A stretch of 32,000 bases of DNA from Candidatus Altimarinota bacterium (GTDB taxonomy: Bacteria > Patescibacteriota > Gracilibacteria > UBA1369): the NCBI GenBank assembly GCA_041659405.1, contig JBAZYK010000011.1, positions 31,674-63,673 of the forward strand, in the 5' to 3' direction. The first letter of the stretch is position 1. Each line of letters opens with the position of its first letter. This document shows positions 26,782 through 32,000 of this stretch, piece after piece. The position numbers were made by a program, and so were the translations under genes. Under the pieces are notes generated by a model. The model did no database searches. It was given only the letters and a program-made list of their open reading frames with translations, and was not told where the DNA came from.

Positions 26782-26811
26782 ATTGTAGTATTTTTCATTG
26801 TTCATGGTCAA
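26782..26811 (-). promoter_or_regulatory. Sigma70-like promoter for the recombinase gene, TTGACC-N18-TACAAT
   Basis: Minus strand: -35 at 26811-26806 and -10 at 26787-26782, about 90 nt upstream of the ATG at 26693. Confidence 0.45.
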
Positions 26812-26835
26812 TTTAAAATTTTTAGTGCTAGCCCG

Positions 26836-26904
26836 TGGTGGAGATAAGGGGAATTGAACCCCTGGAAGATGAATGGCAATTCCTCCTCCGCGCCTGCTAT
26901 CCCC
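26836..26904 (-). other. tRNA-like element (acceptor stem, T arm, CCA) without a canonical D or anticodon arm
   Basis: Minus strand reads GGGGATAGCAGGCGCGGAGGAGGAATTGCCATTCATCTTCCAGGGGTTCAATTCCCCTTATCTCCACCA. The acceptor GGGGATA/TATCTCC includes G3:U70 and A73. T arm is AGGGG TTCAATT CCCCT. Only 34 nt lie between them, forming one GGAGGA/TCTTCC hairpin. Confidence 0.45.
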
Positions 26905-27045
26905 GCCCAAGGCCAGCTGAGAACAAAATACACAAAAAACATTAAAAAATTCTAAACCCAAAATGAAAAAAACTTAAAAAACATCACTTCCCAAAACCCA
27001 CCATTCTCTGCTACTATCGCGCCATAAAGCACCGCAAGACACTAG

Positions 27046-27323
27046 TTGTGCAACAAGTTGCTCACGCGTTTATTAATCAATCTTCCTAAAACTCAAAAAA
27101 ACCTGGAAAAGTAAGAAGCTCCCGGTCTGTTCGCAACTCATCGCACAACAGCACACATGCGGTTCGCTGGCTTTCGGCTAATCCAAGGCACAAACTGCTC
27201 TTCAAAAAGGTTTAAGAAACCTATAAATCTCAAGAAAACTCTCACGCTCTCCCAACTTATTTGCAGCAGTCGCCCTTCGGGCATATTATACCGCTGCCAA
27301 TAAGTTCGCATGGCGTGCGAACG
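27046..27323 (+). mobile_element. Non-coding cassette R, copy 1 (97-nt body plus about 180-nt attC)
   Basis: A 278-bp unit that by eye shows no differences from copies at 30133-30410 and 30821-31098. It starts at the TT of GTTGTGC and ends at the G of GCGAACG|TT. Its attC R'' box GCACAAC (27143-27149) is the reverse complement of its own start GTTGTGC. The left flank is unique sequence (attI side). Confidence 0.85.
27261..27289 (+). promoter_or_regulatory. Sigma70-like promoter inside the R attC, TTGCAG-N17-TATTAT, reading into the downstream cassette
   Basis: Exact 17-nt spacer. Also present at 30348-30376, 31036-31064 and 31847-31875. The R4 homology ends exactly at the last base of the -10 hexamer. 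Confidence 0.5.
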
Positions 27324-27371
27324 TTAGCTGCCATACTCCCTGCGTGAAATTTTAATCTTAATAAAAAAACT

Positions 27372-27677
27372 ATGAAATTATCCACAATTTACAACGCAGC
27401 TCTGGAAAAAGCCGACGCAGATGCGGCAGAAGTCATGATGCGCATGAGTCCAAAGTTAGGTTTAAGTAATCTTGACGACCTTCAAGGTAAAAAAAATCGA
27501 CAAGAAGCCTTAGAAAGAGTTAATTTTGTTTATAATTTATCTGGTCCCATTGGAAAAATTGGATTTAGAGTCATAGAAGAAATAAGGGCAATAGATTGGG
27601 GTGATCGAATGGAAGAATTTCATGGAATAAACCAACAGGAATGGTATAAAGAACTTGGCAATTTCCAAAAAAATTAA
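27372..27677 (+). CDS. Cassette A ORF, hypothetical protein, 101 aa
   Basis: Single ATG ORF filling cassette 27324-27808. Confidence 0.6.
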   Translation: MKLSTIYNAALEKADADAAEVMMRMSPKLGLSNLDDLQGKKNRQEALERVNFVYNLSGPIGKIGFRVIEEIRAIDWGDRMEEFHGINQQEWYKELGNFQKN

Positions 27678-27697
27678 AATTTCCCTCCGGTCGTACA

Positions 27698-27814
27698 GCA
27701 GCTAACAGCGCCCAACCGGTTCGCCCTGCGGGGCTCTCCCAAATTTTGTGGCGGTGAGTCGCTCCGCTCCCAATTATACCGCCACAAAACTTCGGTTAGG
27801 CGCGGACGTTATAT
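27698..27814 (+). other. attC-like recombination site of cassette A
   Basis: R'' GCAGCTAAC (27698-27706) is the exact reverse complement of the cassette start GTTAGCTGC (27323-27331). L'' GCGCCCAACCG pairs with L' CGGTTAGGCGC (1 mismatch). The right end is GCGCGGACG|TT with the G at 27808. Confidence 0.85.
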
Positions 27815-27954
27815 GAAATATGCTTTTCTTTTTACGGCTAACGCCTTACACTTTTCTATAATGAACAAATTTTATTTTTAATTTTTTAGAGGGGGTATAT
27901 GGTATTTTTTCCGCTACGCTCCGAAAATGATTTATTAAATATAATTAAAAACAT

Positions 27955-28920
27955 ATGAAAAACGAAGTAGAAATTTTTGATGAAGAAAATACAATCGTCA
28001 TTGACGATGAATATACAACTAATACTTTTGAATTTTTTCCTGACGAGAAAAAATTCAAGATCGATGTGAGTATCAAAGATGATTTTCATCATAATTATTC
28101 AACAATTGAATATAAAATTTCAGATGATCCTATTAATTTAAAAATGCGTACGATAGAGCTTTTTCATGAATTTATAGGCGGGAAAAGTGATTCAATAAAA
28201 GACGGGGTTGTCTTGGAATCGGAACTCAGAAAAGATAAATTTAATAACCAAGAAAGAATAGACGATTTGAAAAAAGAAGTAGAGTGGTCAAATGTTGTCA
28301 TATTCGGCAACCCCGAAGTCAATCTTTATATTCTATCTAAACACCCAGAGATAATCTCAAAAGATGATTATAGGAAATTTTTGCGTCAGTCTATAGAGAG
28401 AATTAGAGATGGCGTTGCTAAAGTAAAAGAAATAGTAAAAACTGATTTTCATGGATTGGAAATCCATACGGGCGACCATGGAATGAGTATTTGGTATCCA
28501 GACAATGAATCGGAAAAGAAAGAAAGTGAGGCATATTGGGATTTACCGAAAGATAAGCGTGATAATTCTGCCTATGGTAAGAAGCTAAAATATGTCGAGG
28601 ATTTTAATAAATCGCTTTTTGATGAAAAATCTTCAAGTTATGTTGGCATTTCTGAAATTGAGTTTAGAAGTAGTGATGAAATAGTTGAATATGTCCAAAA
28701 ACTACTTGATAAAAAAGACGAGCCCGCTAAAAAAGAAGTTAAACCTAAAATTTCAAAAACAAAAGGATTTATTATTTCTCTGTTTATAACACTTATTCTT
28801 TCATGGGTTGTAAGCTGGTTTGTGGATATACACCCATTTTTGATTTTTATAATCGTGCAAGTTATCGCATTTGCACAAAGCATAATTGGTGGTTGGCTAG
28901 AAAAAATATTAGAAAAATAA
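27955..28920 (+). CDS. Cassette B gene 1: acidic soluble domain with two C-terminal TM helices, unknown function
   Basis: 321 aa, very AT-rich codons. The C-terminus GFIISLFITLILSWVVSWFV and PFLIFIIVQVIAFAQSIIGGWL gives two hydrophobic helices. Confidence 0.65.
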   Translation: MKNEVEIFDEENTIVIDDEYTTNTFEFFPDEKKFKIDVSIKDDFHHNYSTIEYKISDDPINLKMRTIELFHEFIGGKSDSIKDGVVLESELRKDKFNNQERIDDLKKEVEWSNVVIFGNPEVNLYILSKHPEIISKDDYRKFLRQSIERIRDGVAKVKEIVKTDFHGLEIHTGDHGMSIWYPDNESEKKESEAYWDLPKDKRDNSAYGKKLKYVEDFNKSLFDEKSSSYVGISEIEFRSSDEIVEYVQKLLDKKDEPAKKEVKPKISKTKGFIISLFITLILSWVVSWFVDIHPFLIFIIVQVIAFAQSIIGGWLEKILEK

Positions 28921-28933
28921 AATAGGTAATCGC

Positions 28934-29920
28934 ATGAATCAAAACGATTTGAAAATCATAGAAATTGGTCATCAAATCAGGGATCTCTTTAATAATTCCA
29001 CAATAAAAAAGACACAGGTTTATTCAAGAAAACAAAGTGGCGATTGGAATCAATTTTGTGCAGCATTAGATACACTTGAAGATACCTGCTTAGCGATAGA
29101 GAATTTTCAAAAAGATTCGAATAATTTATTTATAAAAAATCCATATTTAGCAACTTACGGACTTTTGCAGGCTCTTTTTATCCAACAAGACGCTGTAAAT
29201 TTTTTAAAAATATCCTTATTTGGTATAAGCAATAAAATTGATTGGAAGGACAAAAAATATTCAGAACTTTTTAAAATTAGGCAAGTCAGAAACGAAACCA
29301 TAGGACACCCCGTAAAAAAGGAGAACAAAGGCAATAAATCAAAGTATGAAAATGACGAAATCACCTCTTGCACCATTGATCGCTCATCTTTGAGCAAAGA
29401 CGGTTTTAGATACATGTTATGGATGCACTCAAAAACAGAAAGCAAAACGATAAAATTTACGGACATCATCAGTCAACAAGATAAATATCTCGGAAATGAA
29501 TTAGAAATTGTTATGAAAGAAATTCAAAAAGAAGAGAATCAACATAAAACAAAATTTAAAAATGAAAAATTGGCCGATTTGTTAAATAAACCTTCTCTGT
29601 ACCAGATAAATCATATTTATGGCGTTCAATGGAATGACCATTTAGCATGGCCTAGTTTTAATCATTATCACGAATTATACAAAAAAATAAGAAAGAGTTT
29701 AGAAGATCGCTATGGTAAATTTGGCGAAACTTTGAGGATTCCTGGAACGGAAGAAGTAATCAAAAAATTAGATTATGTATTTGGCAAAATTGAAACATTT
29801 CAAAAAACTGGTAATTTTGAAAATTACGAACTTGAGGTTTATATTGACGCTCTTGACGCTGGAATTAACGAGTTAAAAACTCATTTAGTAGAAGTTGATC
29901 AAGAATTTGAAATACAATAA
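28934..29920 (+). CDS. Cassette B gene 2: protein with a HEPN-like Rx5H motif (candidate RNase/Abi-type effector)
   Basis: 328 aa. FKIRQVRNETIGHP contains R-N-E-T-I-G-H, which fits the HEPN Rx4-6H signature, after a helical segment (YGLLQALFIQQDAVNFL). It starts 13 nt after gene 1. Confidence 0.6.
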   Translation: MNQNDLKIIEIGHQIRDLFNNSTIKKTQVYSRKQSGDWNQFCAALDTLEDTCLAIENFQKDSNNLFIKNPYLATYGLLQALFIQQDAVNFLKISLFGISNKIDWKDKKYSELFKIRQVRNETIGHPVKKENKGNKSKYENDEITSCTIDRSSLSKDGFRYMLWMHSKTESKTIKFTDIISQQDKYLGNELEIVMKEIQKEENQHKTKFKNEKLADLLNKPSLYQINHIYGVQWNDHLAWPSFNHYHELYKKIRKSLEDRYGKFGETLRIPGTEEVIKKLDYVFGKIETFQKTGNFENYELEVYIDALDAGINELKTHLVEVDQEFEIQ

Positions 29921-30038
29921 GGAGTCTTGGCTTCGGGGCATTCACCCCCCAGCCCCTCTGCCCCTACGCCAAGACAAAAATAAAATTTGTTAATTACAAA
30001 AAAGTGCCGACTATCGTCGGAAAAAAGAAAAGCATACA

Positions 30039-30138
30039 TCATATAGCAGCGTATATCTGGTTCGCGCTTGGCTAACGCCAAATGCTCACCCATATTGCTC
30101 CCTACGGTCGCAACATCAGATATGCGCGAACGTTGTGC
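30039..30138 (+). other. attC-like recombination site of cassette B
   Basis: R'' TCATATAGC (30039-30047) matches the reverse complement of the cassette start GTTATATGA (27808-27816) at 8 of 9 positions. L'' GCGTATATCTG pairs with L' CAGATATGCGC. The right end is GCGCGAACG|TT with the G at 30132. Confidence 0.75.
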
Positions 30139-30410
30139 AACAAGTTGCTCACGCGTTTATTAATCAATCTTCCTAAAACTCAAAAAAACCTGGAAAAGTA
30201 AGAAGCTCCCGGTCTGTTCGCAACTCATCGCACAACAGCACACATGCGGTTCGCTGGCTTTCGGCTAATCCAAGGCACAAACTGCTCTTCAAAAAGGTTT
30301 AAGAAACCTATAAATCTCAAGAAAACTCTCACGCTCTCCCAACTTATTTGCAGCAGTCGCCCTTCGGGCATATTATACCGCTGCCAATAAGTTCGCATGG
30401 CGTGCGAACG
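30133..30410 (+). mobile_element. Non-coding cassette R, copy 2
   Basis: 278 bp, matches R1 by eye. attC R'' is at 30230-30236 and the promoter at 30348-30376. Confidence 0.85.
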
Positions 30411-30465
30411 TTGTTGGAAATTATAAAAAATGCTACAATCACCCTTTAATCATTAAAAATAAGAT

Positions 30466-30705
30466 ATGAGAGATTATCCATCCGGAATGCCAGAAGTCAG
30501 CACAATAGAAGAAGCAATTGATGAGTTAGTTGGTCAATCTATTGGAACAAAAGTCCATTTAAATCAAAGTCTAGACAAGCCAGAAGACATTGAAAGTAAA
30601 CTTAAAGAAAAAGGCATAAAAGTTAGGGTTGATAAAGAATCAGATCCACATGATGGACGTAGAGGTGGAAGTTCAATAACATATATGCTAACTATTATTG
30701 AATAG
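30466..30705 (+). CDS. Cassette D ORF, hypothetical protein, 79 aa
   Basis: Single ATG ORF in cassette 30411-30820. Confidence 0.55.
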   Translation: MRDYPSGMPEVSTIEEAIDELVGQSIGTKVHLNQSLDKPEDIESKLKEKGIKVRVDKESDPHDGRRGGSSITYMLTIIE

Positions 30706-30730
30706 GGGCTAGAACGCATTTTTTATCACA

Positions 30731-30826
30731 TCCAACAACAGCGCCCATGTGGTTCGGCTGCGGCCTCTCCCAAATTTACTTTCCGCTTCGCTCCAAGTAA
30801 ACTTCACATAGGCGCGAACGTTGTGC
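30731..30826 (+). other. attC-like recombination site of cassette D
   Basis: R'' TCCAACAAC (30731-30739) is the exact reverse complement of the cassette start GTTGTTGGA (30410-30418). L'' GCGCCCATGTG pairs with L' CACATAGGCGC. The G is at 30820. Confidence 0.85.
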
Positions 30827-31098
30827 AACAAGTTGCTCACGCGTTTATTAATCAATCTTCCTAAAACTCAAAAAAACCTGGAAAAGTAAGAAGCTCCCGG
30901 TCTGTTCGCAACTCATCGCACAACAGCACACATGCGGTTCGCTGGCTTTCGGCTAATCCAAGGCACAAACTGCTCTTCAAAAAGGTTTAAGAAACCTATA
31001 AATCTCAAGAAAACTCTCACGCTCTCCCAACTTATTTGCAGCAGTCGCCCTTCGGGCATATTATACCGCTGCCAATAAGTTCGCATGGCGTGCGAACG
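30821..31098 (+). mobile_element. Non-coding cassette R, copy 3
   Basis: 278 bp, matches R1 by eye. attC R'' is at 30918-30924 and the promoter at 31036-31064. Confidence 0.85.
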
Positions 31099-31126
31099 TT
31101 AGCCGCCATACTTAACTTAATCGATA

Positions 31127-31513
31127 ATGAAAAAACTATTACCAATTATCATAGTCGCTATTTTTTTACTTAGTGGATGTGTAGAAATGAAACCACCAGG
31201 AAATTGGTCCAAAGGGTCAGACAATAGGCTTATACTACAAGATTGGGCATTCTTTTATTTCCCAGAAGGTATAAATAAAGGAAGTGTAGTTGGACCAATT
31301 TTTCCTTATAACAACTCTTTGGAAGTATGCAAAAAAACAGCTCAAGAAAAATATCCTGAAAAAGATTATTTTTGTGGAACAGAATGCATATTTGTATGGG
31401 ATGGAATGACAATCGAACACTGCAAAAAAGGAGTAGTTGGGATATATTCAAAAGGAGAATATAAATTTATAATTAATCCTAAAATACAGGGTTTACACAT
31501 TACTGTGGATTAA
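31127..31513 (+). CDS. Cassette F ORF, putative lipoprotein, 128 aa
   Basis: MKKLLPIIIVAIFLLSGC lipobox. Single ORF in cassette 31099-31632. Confidence 0.6.
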   Translation: MKKLLPIIIVAIFLLSGCVEMKPPGNWSKGSDNRLILQDWAFFYFPEGINKGSVVGPIFPYNNSLEVCKKTAQEKYPEKDYFCGTECIFVWDGMTIEHCKKGVVGIYSKGEYKFIINPKIQGLHITVD

Positions 31514-31519
31514 ACGCAC

Positions 31520-31638
31520 GGCGGCTAACAGCGCCTAACCGGTTCGCCTGCGGGCTCTCCCAAATTTTTTGTGGCGGTGGTCGCTCCGCTCCAAATTATA
31601 CCGCCACAAAAAACTTCGGTTAGGCGCGAACGTTGTGC
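31520..31638 (+). other. attC-like recombination site of cassette F
   Basis: R'' GGCGGCTAAC (31520-31529) is the exact reverse complement of the cassette start GTTAGCCGCC (31098-31107). L'' GCGCCTAACCG pairs perfectly with L' CGGTTAGGCGC. The G is at 31632. Confidence 0.9.
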
Positions 31639-31875
31639 AACAAGTTACTCACGCACTTATTAACCGATCTTTCTAAAGCTCAAAAAGCCTGGAAAAGTAT
31701 TCATCTCCCGGTCTGTTCGCAACTCATCGCACAACAGCACACATGCGGTTCGCTTGCTTTCGGCCAATCTAAGGCACAATCTGCTCATCAAAAAGGTTTA
31801 AGAAACCCATAAATCTCAAGAAAACTCTCACGCTCTCCCAACTTATTTGCAGCAGTCGCCCTTCGGGCATATTAT
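31633..31875 (+). mobile_element. Non-coding cassette R, copy 4, diverged and truncated within its attC
   Basis: Numerous substitutions in the first third and in the middle, and one 1-nt deletion, relative to R1-3. The CCCGGTCTGTTCGCAACTCATCGCACAACAGCACACATGCGGTTCGC core and the 3' part are conserved. Homology stops after TATTAT (31875); the right attC arm is missing. Confidence 0.8.
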
Positions 31876-31952
31876 GGATCAGTAGATAATTAGTTTGAAA
31901 AAGTTACGCAATCAAGTTTTAATGATAGCAATTATCATTTAACGAAATTGCT

Positions 31953-32000
31953 ATGTTGGAACATGACTTGTTATGGGATCTTTTGCCTGATGGGTTGAAA
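31953..32000 (+). CDS. Partial ORF (16 codons: MLEHDLLWDLLPDGLK), runs off the window end
   Basis: ATG at 31953 follows the unique sequence that replaces the R4 right arm. It is too short to assign. Confidence 0.3.
   Translation, partial: MLEHDLLWDLLPDGLK

Noticed and set aside
26836-26904. Canonical tRNA-Ala or a tmRNA, suggested by G3:U70, A73, the T arm and CCA.
   Set aside because: Only 34 nt separate the acceptor 5' strand and the T arm. No D arm or 7-nt anticodon loop can be drawn. There is no room for a tag reading frame or pseudoknots. It is kept only as a tRNA-like element.
26704-26961. 85-aa minus-strand ORF upstream of the recombinase.
   Set aside because: It is read through the tRNA-like element and the recombinase promoter, starts at a non-ATG codon and has low-complexity sequence.
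27157-27303. A 48-codon plus-strand ORF (MRFAGFRLIQ...) and a 57-codon minus-strand ORF inside cassette R.
   Set aside because: Both are interrupted by stop codons in the diverged copy R4 (plus frame: TAA at codon 10; minus frame: TAG after ...IVP). Conservation follows the attC arms and promoter rather than codon positions.
29899-30093. 64-aa minus-strand ORF at the end of cassette B.
   Set aside because: It overlaps the hairpins and the attC left arm, and it is antisense to the cassette orientation.
27046-31875. Four regularly spaced, near-identical repeats could be read as a CRISPR array or a tandem duplication.
   Set aside because: The repeats are 278 bp, not 25-50 bp. The 'spacers' are 0.4-2.3 kb and contain ORFs. 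Every unit has AAC/GTT box logic with self-complementary boundaries, which fits integron cassettes. No cas genes are present.

Overview
This is a moderately AT-rich, tightly packed bacterial chromosome segment. Short genes, little visible Shine-Dalgarno signal, an LTD/cohesin/dockerin surface protein and a group I intron in a tRNA suggest a CPR/Patescibacteria-like organism; that is inference only. The standard genetic code fits. Positions 1-25.8 kb are mostly core and envelope genes, largely on the minus strand. They include a class IV aminotransferase fragment, a PabB/TrpE-family enzyme, ndk, an M16 peptidase, a PBP2/FtsI-type transpeptidase, a fold-type III decarboxylase and an ATP-grasp enzyme. 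They also include tRNA-Trp, a 587-aa Cys-rich zinc-ribbon protein, a cupin, a sortase, rpmG and several secreted or surface proteins. Further along are an intron-containing tRNA-Thr followed by a small islet bracketed by a duplicated tRNA 3' end (ORF6N gene), mscL, a 580-bp ORF-free repeat-bearing gap, an M50 protease, rpmB and tRNA-Ser. Positions 25.8-32 kb are accessory and hold the main result. A divergently oriented IntI-like tyrosine recombinase, which appears to lack the IntI-specific insertion, is followed by an integron-type array of at least 8 cassettes. I verified the cassette boundaries directly: the first bases of each cassette are the reverse complement of the R'' box of that cassette's own attC. 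A 278-bp non-coding cassette (R) carries a sigma70-like promoter inside its attC, recurs four times and alternates with ORF cassettes. One ORF cassette is a very AT-rich two-gene module: a C-terminally membrane-anchored protein plus a protein with a HEPN-like Rx5H motif. It looks like a candidate defence or toxin system. Several GC-rich extended hairpins and recurrent intergenic motifs are also reported.
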